From the NCBI GenBank assembly GCA_036867785.1, contig CP145418.1, forward strand, positions 558,001 through 622,000: a stretch of 64,000 nucleotides of DNA. The letters are read 5' to 3'. The translations under genes and the position numbers were made by a program. Under the pieces are notes generated by a model that was given only the letters and a program-made list of their open reading frames with translations, was not told the DNA's origin and searched no databases. This document shows, piece after piece, positions 48,362 through 59,929 of the stretch; position 1 is the first letter of the stretch; each line of letters begins with the position of its first letter. This DNA comes from Plasmodiophora brassicae. Its lineage: Eukaryota.

Positions 48362-50923
48362 TCACTTAGACGGCGACGGGTGCTTGTTGCCAGAGCGCGA
48401 CCCGCTGGACCTCGACGCTGGCTCGGAGGACGACGACTCGCCCTTTGCTTCCGACGATGATGCATCAGTGTCCTTGGGCTCGTCATGGTTCGCTTCCTTC
48501 GGCTCTTCGTGTGGCGCTTCCTCATGTGGCGCCTCCTCTCGCTCGTCGTGTTGCGCCTCCTCTCGCTCTTCGGGTTGCGTCTCCTTTGCCTCATCGTGTT
48601 CCGCCTCCTCTCGCTCTTCGTGTTCCGGCTCCTTCGTCTCCTCGCGTTGTTCGTGTTCGGCGTCCTTCGTTGGTTTGTCATCGTTGCCGTCGTTGCTGCT
48701 AGCGGGCCTGGATGACGTTCCTGAAGACAGGTCTGCCTTTGATTCGACGACTTTGGGAACGTACACGGACGCACGTTCGGCGTCGGTCAGGTTGCCCGCC
48801 GGAAGTATGTCAAGGATCGTACGCGACGAGACCGGCTGCTTGCGGTCGGACGTCTCGATAGTGACCTTGGTGATCTCAGGCGCGGTCTCCGAGTCGACGT
48901 TCATCGGGATGACGGTCTCCTTGACAGTCGAGTTCCCAGACGACGCGTTCACCGGGGGAACAGCCGCTGCCGTGTTCCCGATCGCCGCCGGCATGCTGAT
49001 GTTGCCAACAGGCGCGGTGGACGAACCTTCCGACGTGTTCATCTTCGACGTCGCGTTGGACACGGGGACCAGGATAACATCCACAGACGGCGCAGCCGGG
49101 GTTGTTGTGTTCTGGGCCGGTGTGCTACCCCGGACATCGTTCGTCTTGTTGCTGGCAGACGAGGATGGGCGGACACCAAAGGTGTCGATCGTGATCGTCT
49201 TCGGGGACGTACTGTTGGACTGCACTGGCTTTGCAACGGTGACGTTGTTCGCAGACGAGCCGACCATCATCGGCTTGGGGGCCTGATTGTTGTCAGTAGC
49301 GTTCGCCATCGTCTTGGCAACCGGGGACGGCGACGCCGCCATGTTCGAGATGCGCTTGCCGCCGGTCGACGCGTTGTTGAGCGGCGCATCGCCGTTCGTC
49401 ATCGTGATGACAACAGGGACCGACATGCTCGAGAACGTCGGCACAGCAGCCGTGGAAGCGTTCCCAGACGAATTGAACGTCATCGGCATGGGAGCCTTCG
49501 CCTCAGTCGAGTTCGCCATCAACGATGTCGTCGGCATGTTCGACTTCGGCTTGTCAACGTTGGTCATATTGGTGGATGACGGGTTCTCGTTCGACAGGAA
49601 GACAACGGGGACGGTCATGTTCGAAGACGCTGGCACGGCGACCGTAGACGTGTTCGTTGATGGCTGGAACGCCATCGGTGCCGTCGCAACATTCGACGTC
49701 ATGTTGGCAACTGGCGCCGTGGTCGGTACGGATGAGGTCGTGTTCGAGGTGGGCTTGCTGTTGGTGGACAGGTCCGTGAGCGGCGCGTTCTCGTTCACTA
49801 AGACAACAGCAGGGGTTGTCGTGTTCACCGGCCCGCTCGACGATGCAGGCATGGCAACCGTAGAAGCATTTGCAGGCGGCTGGAACGCCATCGGCACCGT
49901 AGCAGAATTCGTAGACGGCTGGAAGGCCATTGGCACGGTAGTAGAATTCGAAGGCAGCTGGAACGCCATCGGCACCGTAGTAGAATTCATAGAGGGCTGG
50001 AACGCCATTGGCACGGTACTAGAATTCGAGGGCGGCTGGAACGCCATCGGCACCGTAGTAGAATTCGTCGACGGCTGGAACGCCATTGGCACGGTAGTAG
50101 AATTCGAAGGCGGCTGGAACGCCATCGGCACCGTAGTAACGTTCATCTTCAAAATGGGAACAGGGGACGACGCCGGTACAAATGACGTCGTGTTCGAGGT
50201 TGGCTTGCCGTTGATGGGCACGTTCCCGGATGATGCGCCTTCATCCATCACGACAGCAACAGGGACCGGTGCGTTCATCGGGACACTCATCGTCGTGTCA
50301 TTCGTCGTCGCATTGGCAACCGCCGGTGCCGGTGTTGGGGACGACATGCCGGGAATCACAATCTTTGGCAGCATCGACATCGCCGTTGGGCGAACGACCG
50401 CAGGCGGGTTGGTCGACAACTTGGTCAGGCGCAGTCGGGCGGGCGCCTTCGCGGAAGCGTTGCCCATGATCGATGCAGTCGGTGGCCTTGCCATCAGCAG
50501 AGGTGACCGCATACCCGCCGGCAACATCGGCTCCAGGCGCTTGACAGTAAAGCTAGCCGGTTTCGCTGCGGTGGCGTTCTTTGACGTGGTGCCATTCTTC
50601 GACGTCGTGTCCAGGCCGCGAGCGGAGCCGTGCACGTCCTGGTCAGGGCGAGGGTCGCTGGCGTTGGCGATGGACTGGGGCATGGCCACGCGCGACGTGT
50701 TCGTGATGACAACAGGCGCCTTGACGATCGTCGAGGTAGGTCCATCGATGTGGCTCAGCACGATGACGTCGGAGTTGTTGCTCGAGTTGAACTCGGACGA
50801 CTCCGATGGGACAGGGGCCTCGCCGATTCGTTCGAGAACGACTTGGCCGTCAGCGGGAGCGGACGCGACGATACCGATTGCCAGGACAGCAAATGTTATC
50901 AATGCTGTTGTGCGAAGAGCCAT
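48362..50923 (-). CDS. Secreted mucin-like S/T/N/P-rich glycoprotein with tandem repeats and an acidic His/Glu tail
   Basis: Signal peptide MALRTTALITFAVLAIGIVASAPA, many NxS/T sequons, 13-aa repeats TVPMAFQPxxNST, and EHEEREE repeats. Intronless. Confidence 0.8.
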   Translation of the reverse strand: MALRTTALITFAVLAIGIVASAPADGQVVLERIGEAPVPSESSEFNSSNNSDVIVLSHIDGPTSTIVKAPVVITNTSRVAMPQSIANASDPRPDQDVHGSARGLDTTSKNGTTSKNATAAKPASFTVKRLEPMLPAGMRSPLLMARPPTASIMGNASAKAPARLRLTKLSTNPPAVVRPTAMSMLPKIVIPGMSSPTPAPAVANATTNDTTMSVPMNAPVPVAVVMDEGASSGNVPINGKPTSNTTSFVPASSPVPILKMNVTTVPMAFQPPSNSTTVPMAFQPSTNSTTVPMAFQPPSNSSTVPMAFQPSMNSTTVPMAFQLPSNSTTVPMAFQPSTNSATVPMAFQPPANASTVAMPASSSGPVNTTTPAVVLVNENAPLTDLSTNSKPTSNTTSSVPTTAPVANMTSNVATAPMAFQPSTNTSTVAVPASSNMTVPVVFLSNENPSSTNMTNVDKPKSNMPTTSLMANSTEAKAPMPMTFNSSGNASTAAVPTFSSMSVPVVITMTNGDAPLNNASTGGKRISNMAASPSPVAKTMANATDNNQAPKPMMVGSSANNVTVAKPVQSNSTSPKTITIDTFGVRPSSSASNKTNDVRGSTPAQNTTTPAAPSVDVILVPVSNATSKMNTSEGSSTAPVGNISMPAAIGNTAAAVPPVNASSGNSTVKETVIPMNVDSETAPEITKVTIETSDRKQPVSSRTILDILPAGNLTDAERASVYVPKVVESKADLSSGTSSRPASSNDGNDDKPTKDAEHEQREETKEPEHEEREEAEHDEAKETQPEEREEAQHDEREEAPHEEAPHEEPKEANHDEPKDTDASSSEAKGESSSSEPASRSSGSRSGNKHPSPSK
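49870..50137. repeat. 39-bp coding tandem repeat, about 7 copies
   Basis: Recurring GGCTGGAACGCCATCGGCACCGTAGTAGAATTCG unit. Confidence 0.9.
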
Positions 50924-51175
50924 GACGGTCGAGCGTTTCAGACGGCCGGGCGAATAGACAAACGCAGAATAGTATCGACGTGCGTTAACGAACGTCAATA
51001 GAGAATTGGCGCGTCTTTGAGTGGACGGGCCGCAGATGGTATCTTCGCCAAATCGCGCCCCCACAGTGTTGACTCATCGATGTCATTCCACCCATCCCAG
51101 TCGTGATTCACGCCCGACGACCAAGTGACAATATATATGCAGGTAATCTCAATGACGCGCCTTGATAATCGTAGT

Positions 51176-51549
51176 TTAGTCAGCCGGAGTCACAGTTTGT
51201 GGATCAGGGCCATCCGTGCTAGTGGGCGTCGTTACCAGTGACATGACTTTGGCATCGTCGCCAGAATGAATCATAACCAGCGCGATAAACACGGTTACGA
51301 TCGTGAACAGGATCAGCCCGATAATGATTGGAATAATGATCGCGATGCGACGATCCGGGAAATACGTCTGCAACACCTGATCGTCATCGACGAACGGCTG
51401 CCATGCCCGCGCATCAGTCCCGGGCGCACCCCCGCCAGCACCAAACACCGACATACCGTCACCACCAGCCACAGCGTGTTGTACGTCAGCGCGCCCCCGA
51501 CCAGAAACAGCAGCACGATCCCGACCGAATGGTCCTTGTTGAGCAGCAT
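51176..51549 (-). CDS. DPM2: Dolichol-phosphate mannosyltransferase regulatory subunit 2, spliced; 3' end approximate
   Basis: DHSVGIVLLFLVGGALTYNTLWLVVT|PFVDDDQVLQTYFPDRRIAIIIPIIIG, the two-TM DPM2 signature. Confidence 0.85.
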
Positions 51550-51774
51550 CACGTCGTGGTCGACCGCAGACCGCTCCGCCCCGCCCCCCGGAGGCGCCTT
51601 GTCACGGAATCCCGCGTCTACCAAAATGACACGGCAGACGTGCCACCCGGTGCCCTACGGCGGTCGGCCCGAGCCCCGACGGCCGCTCACTCTCGCTGCC
51701 GAGCGTAGGCAGACACTGACGGACGCGGTTTTATTAATACGCAATAACAGGTCTACGATGGACTGTAACCGCGT

Positions 51775-53466
51775 TTACGTGTCGACGGGGATGTCGGGCG
51801 AGACCGTTTCCGAATCCGAGACGTGCAGTACGATCTTCAGGTTGCGGCGCCGGACGACGCAGGCGACATAGACGGCGGAGCCGATGACGACGATGCCGAT
51901 GGCGGGCGAGACGATCGACGCGATGTTCAGGCCGTCATTGGTGGATCGCAGGCGCTTGTACGAGAGCTGCGCGACAGCCGCCGGTCCGTCCCCTCGACGA
52001 TGACGTGACGCCTTTCTGCTATGTACAACGGCGGCCGTAGCCGCAAGCACGACGCCACCGACAACGGCGGCTTTGAGAGGGGATAGCAATGACCTTACAG
52101 GCTGGTGCGCTGGCGCCATCTTGTCTATCTTCCACGAGCGCCACATGTTGACGACGTTCAAGACAGGTCCAGTGGCGATAACGGCAGCGTAGGTTGCGCC
52201 CAGAAGACTGCTCCTGAGCGTGCTGACCTTGGCAGTTCTGGTCGCTGACGACGGTGACGGTGAGCCGGGTATGGACGCTTCAGGGGCTGCTTCTGCGATA
52301 GAAAGAGGGGCAGGCGGTGGCGTCGGCGGACATGACAATGCCGGTACGTCTGGCGGGAACGGAATCGCGGTGGGGCTTCTTAATGGAGATGGCGGCGGCG
52401 ATATCGCCCGAGACACCTGTCGCTGATCACCATCCGCCTTGATGGGACTCTTTGTCATACGACCGAATGGAAACAGCAGGTCAGGAGGAGGCGATGAATG
52501 GGATCTCTCGTAGAGGCGCCGCAGCGAGCGAACATTGCTCTCACTGTGCGATCGATGTATCGGTTGGAGCTCCGACTCTGGACCCGAGTCGTCATCATGT
52601 TTTGTGTGCAGCGCGTCGTCAGAACCAGGTAATGGACTGAACTCGTTGAGCCCAGTGTGACTGAGTTGAAACACAGGGACGGCAGCAGCGTCGTCGGAAT
52701 CATCACAATCGCTTCTGTGCACAAAGCGAAAATCGCTCCGCTGACCGTCGCCGTCCGAATCGATAGTACTGAGGTCAGATTCAGCCTCTGTATCAGAGCC
52801 CAGCCCGGCAGGCAACATCAAGACTTGATCAGGCAGGTATTTCGCATTATTGTCGTCAGTCAGCGACGGGCTCCAGGGGTGGGGATCCGGAGATATCAAT
52901 GACATCGAGGAGAAGCACGTGCTGGATTTCGAACGTCGAATCGCACACTTTGGCGTGTCCGTCTCAGATTCGCAACTGTCCGTATCAGCAACCGTCTGAG
53001 GACTTAATGGTCGGCGCTTCGTAGACAACAAATCGCGAGCACGAGGTGAATCAAGTCGGGCGGGCAGATTGTCTGGCGCTTTGGGCACGTCGCAGGCCTT
53101 AGATGTCGCATAACCGGGCTTATTTGCGGAGCTGGGCCGGGGAGACCGCTTGCCAGCGATAATGGGAAGCGGCCCGACTGCGCCCCGATTCTTCCACGAC
53201 CATCGACAGTGCCCATGCGACGCTTCAGCTGTGTACTGCACACGGGGACCTGTCCTGGATGCCAACGGATCCTTCTGAGTCTTCCGAAGCAGTTGCTGGA
53301 TGGGGAACACGTCCGCTGTTGCACCAGGACGCATCCCAAATGACAGCGAGGGCACCTTCCCGTTTTGCAGGTCGGCAGGATGGCAGTTCATCGCCCCCAC
53401 ACAGACCGCAAGCGTCCGGGACAACACGACGCATATGACGAGGACGGCAGCGGTGGGGGATCGCAT
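51775..53466 (-). CDS. Intronless signal-peptide protein, S/P/D-rich, with three C-terminal hydrophobic segments (orphan)
   Basis: 573-aa ORF with a hydrophobic N-terminus (AAVLVICVVLSRTLAVCVG). Same layout as the gene at 38457-39413. Confidence 0.65.
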   Translation of the reverse strand: MRSPTAAVLVICVVLSRTLAVCVGAMNCHPADLQNGKVPSLSFGMRPGATADVFPIQQLLRKTQKDPLASRTGPRVQYTAEASHGHCRWSWKNRGAVGPLPIIAGKRSPRPSSANKPGYATSKACDVPKAPDNLPARLDSPRARDLLSTKRRPLSPQTVADTDSCESETDTPKCAIRRSKSSTCFSSMSLISPDPHPWSPSLTDDNNAKYLPDQVLMLPAGLGSDTEAESDLSTIDSDGDGQRSDFRFVHRSDCDDSDDAAAVPVFQLSHTGLNEFSPLPGSDDALHTKHDDDSGPESELQPIHRSHSESNVRSLRRLYERSHSSPPPDLLFPFGRMTKSPIKADGDQRQVSRAISPPPSPLRSPTAIPFPPDVPALSCPPTPPPAPLSIAEAAPEASIPGSPSPSSATRTAKVSTLRSSLLGATYAAVIATGPVLNVVNMWRSWKIDKMAPAHQPVRSLLSPLKAAVVGGVVLAATAAVVHSRKASRHRRGDGPAAVAQLSYKRLRSTNDGLNIASIVSPAIGIVVIGSAVYVACVVRRRNLKIVLHVSDSETVSPDIPVDT

Positions 53467-54217
53467 GTCGCTTGTCGAGCAGCTGCCGTCGGGCATCTTT
53501 TTGCCGTCGTCCAGTTGAGGCTGCCCTTGGGGCGCGGTCTCATTTCGGCACCTCTCGGCACTCGCGCGCTCGCAGGCTCGCAGTGGACGACTCGCGTTCG
53601 AAAAAACCAGGCCCTATGGAAGTCCGCCGCGGCCCCCTGTCCACGCGACGCGTCGGCTCGCGTCCGCGTGAAGGTTTCGTCGCTAGTCGACGGTGCCCTC
53701 AAGTTGTGCTCGTTTTGCCTGCTCTAATCGATCACGAGAGTGTTAACCGCCGGCCCGAAGAGGCATGACGCTGAACCAGTGGTCTCACCGGCAGCTCCTT
53801 CCTGTCTACATGTTGCTATGGCGACTGTCTGAGCGCACTGGTTACCGGGGGCGGCCAATGCCAAAGAATGTTTGACGCCGTTGCAGGCAATTGCGGCATG
53901 TTCCGTGGCTGACTGGCTGGCTGCAGGTAACTGGAGCTGACGGTGCCATTCGGTTTTGGGGTCGGGATTGAGTGCCAGGCGGCGATTGCCGGCGTTCGTT
54001 GCTGCCATGAATTGGATGGGCAGTGCGAAGGGGCGCGCCAAGAAGCGCAAGACCAGCGTCGCTAGCATCCAGCGGTACGGCCACACTTGGCTATGGCGGC
54101 TTGACGATTAACAGGCGACGCCAGCCAGTTCTTTGCTGTCAACCGCCACCGGCAGTTCATGACTAACGACGGTATAGTGGCAGGCACGATGCCCCCAAAC
54201 GCGGTACTGAACTACTG

Positions 54218-55480
54218 ATGGACTTGGCAGCTGGAGGAGAGGCAGCTCAAGGAGACGACGGGTCTGAGGGCAGTCTCCATCACTTAATCAGCACTGAACG
54301 CCGAAGCCTACCAACCGTCTGTAGAGACGCGCCAGTGTTGGCTTGTACCAAGAGCCGAACAGATGACAATACTAACAATCGTGTGGTTGCCCTGCGACTT
54401 TGACTGTATCGTCCAGATAGCGTCTAACTCGTGGTTTACAGGTTCAGTGAGCCCTCTTGCGCGTATACCATCACGATTTGGACATAATCCACAGTCATTG
54501 CGAAAACGGGTGGTGAATGGACGCTCCTTGTCACGTTCCGTGATGTTCTGTAATCCGGATGTGTCCGGCGATGAAAACGGTGCCTCCAGGAAGCGTCTCC
54601 CGTCGAGACAACTACTCATGTATGGTTTCAGAAATTACTCGTGATGTAAAGCAGTCGACAGATTTTCCAGCTGTTACTGATGGGGAGGACTGGCGGATCT
54701 TATCGGCAGAAAGTCATCGTGTTGGGTTCCAGGGGAAATCGTCCGCCTGCCTTACGTCTCGGGGTATTGCGGAATACCCTGCAGACGTAGAAGACGTAAA
54801 CACAGCCGTTCCGTAAGATCGGCTGCGGTTAGCTCTTCCATTGCTATTGACGACTTGTCTGTTCTCAGGGGTGCTCCTGAGTCAAAGCTAACGCCACCAC
54901 ATACGCCCAGTCACGCATCTGCTTCAGAAGCTGAAAGCGTCACTGTGCACCCGCCCGCACCTGAGACTAACGTTCAAACTGACCTCCTGAATATTCGTGC
55001 TGAGCTGAACGACCTTCGCCAAATTGTCGCCATGCAGCAGGTAATATGGTACCCAGACATTAACCTCAACGTTAACTGTTTATTTGGTTTCAGGACACCA
55101 TAGTCCAACTAAAAGCAGAGCAGGAACGCACGAATCATAATAATGGTGGTCCTTGTCGCATGACTTGCCGGCAGGCTGGGTCTTCCAACGACCTCCGTGT
55201 GGTGACCTCAACGTTGGACGACTACGCTCCTGCCCAGACCCCGTTCCAGCGTACATGGACTGGTATGCATTGGCCTGACTGTCTCTGTTCCGCGAGGCCC
55301 ACCCCATTGCCAGATCCTCGAGTTGGCCAGCGAGAACTCCTTCCACGTCCAGACAAACATCAGGTTAAATCCGCGTCGAGCGTTAAACTGTTGCACTCAA
55401 CTGCCCGTCTAGGCCCGCCCTACGTTGCAGGAATCGCCACCACACCACCACCGTCAAGTTACGATCAACGTATTCGCTGA
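54218..55480 (+). CDS. Hypothetical multi-exon gene
   Basis: A chain of short + strand ORFs bounded by GT-AG intron-like sequences, with a short coiled coil DLLNIRAELNDLRQIVAMQQ. No family recognised. Confidence 0.35.
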
Positions 55481-56052
55481 TACGGTTGCGTACAATTCTG
55501 GGTCCGGTGACATCAACCTAAACCGCGCAACCGACTGGACTGGTAACCACTGGCATATTCGTCAATCTTCTCGCACGTAACCCTCTTGATCAGACTTGCA
55601 CCCGGTGACTCGGGCCGGTCGTCCTCCCCAGCAGCGGCCTAAGGCCCCTTGTTATGGCTATTCTGCATCGGGCAGCGCTGAGAGTATCGTTGACCGGCTC
55701 GGGGAGCACGCCTCCTGCGGTGCTATCGTCCCGCAAGCCAGCGCCGGTTCATTTGGACGTCAGCGCGATCACCTGTCAACGGGTCCTTTCGTTGAGGAGA
55801 TTTGCAACGACTGAAACCTTATCGGCTCAGAAATATAGTGCTCTACGTACGCTTGCTCCACAGCAAACCGTCGATTTTCTCGTCGCACACTCTTGACTGG
55901 CACGTTGATGCCCATCGCTGCCTTCCTGTGTACGTCAGCAGGCGCGTTCCAGACTGTTGGGCAGAAGTACGTCCGCGCACATTCGGGAAGGGCCGTTTCC
56001 GGAACGACGACCCGGCGACGGTCACTGGGCCAGCTGTTGTGTGACAGTGACG

Positions 56053-56971
56053 ATGGCGAAAGCGACCCCAGCGCCAATCATCTGCCCGTCGATTCTGGCG
56101 GGCGACTTTGCGCATCTGGCAGACGAGATCGACAGGATGATCGCGGCCGGTGCCGACTGGATTCACGTCGATATTATGGTCGGGTGTTGCGCTTCTGTTG
56201 CCGGATGTCCCTCGTCTGACCTCTATATCATGCAGGATGGGTAACTGGATGACCTGCCGCCGACGACCCAGTTGTATTTGACCGGCTCCTGGTATAGTCA
56301 TTTCGTCGACAATCTGACCATGGGACCGCCTGTTGTTGCCTGCCTTCGGAAACACAATGCCAACGCGTACTTGGATTGTCACTGTATGGTGTCTCACCCG
56401 ATGAACTGGATTAAGGTTTGTAACTTAGAGCACGCTACATCAACGCCCTTTCGTTAAGTCTGCTTGTAGCCGCTTCAGGCTGCTGGAGCATCACAGATCA
56501 CGTTCCATCCAGAAAGTTTTGCAAATGTAGACGAGGCTGGCCCCACGATCGTTGCGATAATTGGAGCAGGAATGCGCGTTGGTATCGCGATCAAGCCGAA
56601 GACGCCTGTTGACACACTGTTCCAGCTTCTTGATAGGTCAGGTGGCCCGTTGTCGTGAGTGCGCGCTCAGGTCAGTAATCGACGAATGTAGGCATATCGC
56701 ATCAATCACAACCCTGTTGGTCATGACGGTGGAGCCTGGGTTCGGCGGCCAGAAGTTCATACCCGAGATGATGGACAAGGTTCGCACACTGCGATCCCGA
56801 TACCCAACCGTCAACGTTCAGGTCGATGGCGGCCTGAACGAGGCAACCGTTCACGATGCCGCTGCCGCTGGCGCCAACTGCATCGTTGCTGGGTCGGCAA
56901 TCTTCGGATCCCCTGATCCGAAGGCCACAATTCGCGCCATGCGAGATGCTGTCGTCAAGTCCAGGCACTAA
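56053..56971 (+). CDS. RPE: Ribulose-phosphate 3-epimerase, multi-exon with a 5-nt microexon
   Basis: [69 protein letters not shown]. Confidence 0.96.
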
Positions 56972-57318
56972 ACCATCAGGAGCGTTCGGACCAGCATGGG
57001 AGCATGAACGCGGTGCATGGTTGTTTGATGCAGGTTGTGCCGTCGTGCCGTTTCCCCACGAGGGGGGGGGGGGTCAGTACCGTCGCTCACTGTATTACCA
57101 ACCAGTTGCTATGCTTGGAGCAACAGTAGACCCGGACGCCTGGTCCGCATGGCGGTATCTATGCCGTTGCGGATCATGGAAAGGGGGTGCGACAATCGAT
57201 CCGGGATTGATCCCACCGCGCGTGGACACTGACTCGTTGCGTTCACACTAAATCGGCCGTTGTTGCCATTAAACACGCCCCGGCGCCAGGGCGTTCGATT
57301 CGCTTCGCGTCCGCTACA

Positions 57319-59714
57319 ATGTGTCGACCCAGGCGCTGGATACTGCCAATCGTGGTACTCGCCCTGTTATTATCAGTGTCATCGGCTCGTCAAGATGACG
57401 CGCTGAAAGATCGTCCGACTTTATCGCCGAGGTCATTGCTCGAGACGGGCATGGGCGTCGTCGAGCATCTCATCCTGCAGGAGAGCCCCCATAGCCAACT
57501 ACGCTACATGCAACGGTTCATGGCGACGTTCCTGCGTCTTATCGGTGATGACGACGCTCTTGTCGAGCATGTCCGCAAGAACGGCGCCCGATTCCTCGCT
57601 CTAATCGCGTCGCCCGACGCGCTTCGCGACCTGTGCGCCCTGTCGCCCATGCTGTCCCCGTTCCAAGACGCCATCGTCGATGCGGCGCAAGCGTTCGTGC
57701 CCTGGAAGCAATCGCTGCGTGTCCTGCCGTTGCGGTTCACCGAGAAACGGATCGTCGCGTGGATGGCGGCGAACCCTGATGATCTTCGGCAGCGCGTTGT
57801 CGAATCGGCGAAGACGATTATGAAGCAGGTGGAGAAAGCGCCCTTGTCGAAGGTGCTCGGGTTGGACATCCTGCAAGAGAGTCTTCACGACCGCATGTCG
57901 TCGCAGGCGCGAGAGGCCATCCAGTTTGGCATCCCGTGGTACTTCGACAACGTCCATCGCGACCGGAAGCGGCGAATCCTCGTGGCGTTCCTCGAGGTAT
58001 GCGCGTGCCCGTATGATGGCCGTTCTGTGAGCTGACGCGTGGCGCTGATGTACAGACTGACGTCTCCGCAAGCGTGTCTGAGCGGTGCCTTGCCGTCCTG
58101 CAGGCCTGCGGCCCTGGTATGCACAAAGTCCTGCAAGCCCTAGCGGAACTGATCGTCCATCCCGAACTCGCCGAGGCCGTTCAACAGCTGAACTCGCACA
58201 TCAAGCCGATGTCGCCGGAGCAGTCCCATCGGTTGGTAGCCGACGCGTTCGGTGGACCCGACGTTCTGTCCCGGTTCCTACCCGACTTCGATCCGGTCGC
58301 GTTCGCTGGCGGCAGCGCGGCTCAGGTGCATCGTGCCAACCGAATCGATCCGAAGACGGGCGTTAAGACGCCGGTCGTCGTCAAGGTAAACGTAACGTGG
58401 GCGCCCCCCGTCGAGCAACGTGTCTGAGGCAGGCCCCCGCAGGTGCAACGTGAAGGGCTCGCCGAGGCATTCGATCAGGACATTGCCATCTTCGACCAGA
58501 TCGCCCAGAAGTTCCCCAATGAGCGACAGTTCTTCGCGTCCATGCAGGTTGGACCCGATTCGTCAGCGCAGCGACACTGTCGGTAAACTGGTCGCGATCG
58601 CAGGCCGATTGGAAATCGGAGACGAACATGGTGGACGAGGTCGTGAACATGATGGTGGCCGCCGAGTTGTACGAGGATGCCGAATACGCTGGCGTTCGCG
58701 TCGCCCGGGTGCTGGGTGCATTGCCGGAGGACAACCCGAAGGTTGTCGTCCTGGAGCGCGCCAGGGGCGTCTGCATGGACGACTTCCTGGCGCATCTCGA
58801 TCAGGCTGACCCGGTCGCGGTCCAGACGGCCGCCGACCTGCTCGTCCAGGTGTATTCGGTGTGGCTTAAGGTGGTCATGTTCGGCGCCCGGAAGTTCTTC
58901 CATGGCGACCTGCACGCCGGCAACCTCTTCTTCAGCTACGACGCGAGGTACACGGTCAGGTACAGCCATCCCGCCCCGCCGTCCTGCTGACGTTTGGCAC
59001 GTGCAGGGACCCGTCGAAATCGACAATGACGATCATCGACTTCGGGATGTCAGGTAGTTGTTCACGATCGATCCGCCATCGGACTGAGTTCTGACTTGGA
59101 CGATCGAAGGCGTTGTCGACGAGGACACGTTCCAGACGATGGTGCGCTTGATGGTGGGTGCCAAATCCCAAGTCCTGCACCACATGCTGGTGGCGCTGGG
59201 GCGTGGCACCCAGACACAGGTGAGCACGTGTCGGATCGCACCCGGTTGCGGCGGCTAACACGCTCCTGCTCGACAGGTCCGTCCGTCGACGTGGGTCATG
59301 CTCGAAGGGCAACTGCTCGACATGTTCGAACAGCAGAAGGTCGCCGACGAGGCGTCCAGCGGGTACCGGCGTGGGTCAATGTTTGAGCCACGTCTGGGGC
59401 GGCGGTTCCTCGAGATCCTCGAGTACCACTCCAATGCGATCCGGTACCCGCCGGCGTTGCTGTCCCTGATCAAGGCCAAACTCGCGCTACAGAGCGTGTT
59501 CGACCGGTTCCACAGCGCCATCGACAAGCACCGTATCGAGTGCCGACTGCCGACGCCCGGCCAGATATCGGCCAAGGTCACGGCCCGCCCGGCAACGATT
59601 CGTGCCGTCTACCGCACCGGGATCTCCCCGTTGATGTCCACCGCACACCTATCGCTGCGACGTGCCAAAGACTCCCTGAAGCAGTCTGTCGTCGAGTTCG
59701 TCGCAGAACTGTAA
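57319..59714 (+). CDS. ABC1/UbiB-family atypical kinase with an N-terminal signal peptide, multi-exon
   Basis: Signal MCRPRRWILPIVVLALLLSVSSA, then GPGMHKVLQ, FDPVAFAGGSAAQVHRA, VVVK, FFHGDLHAGN, IIDFG, and YPPALLSLIKA. Confidence 0.8.
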
Positions 59715-59929
59715 TAATGAAGCGTCAGACGTCCTGGGAGGCATCCACGCTAGCGAAACACCTCGCTGATGGTCGTGTGCAGAGGTACCCGGGATCCTCC
59801 TCAACGGGGCCATCCTGACGGTTTAACGACCCGTTCATGAATGGCAGGCAGGTCGGTTTCACGACGATCGCCGCCTCGCGTACTGATTAAGCGCGGGAGG
59901 TACCCCTGGCGTCGACCGCTTATTGTGCT

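Noticed and set aside
49287-50957. 556-aa + strand ORF with GWNAIGTVVEF repeats
   Set aside because: It is the antisense shadow of the mucin gene, which has the signal peptide and a proper ATG. This ORF starts at TTG.
57222-57316. tRNA-like segment containing GTTCGATTC
   Set aside because: No convincing D arm, anticodon arm or acceptor stem can be folded. tRNAscan-SE would settle it.
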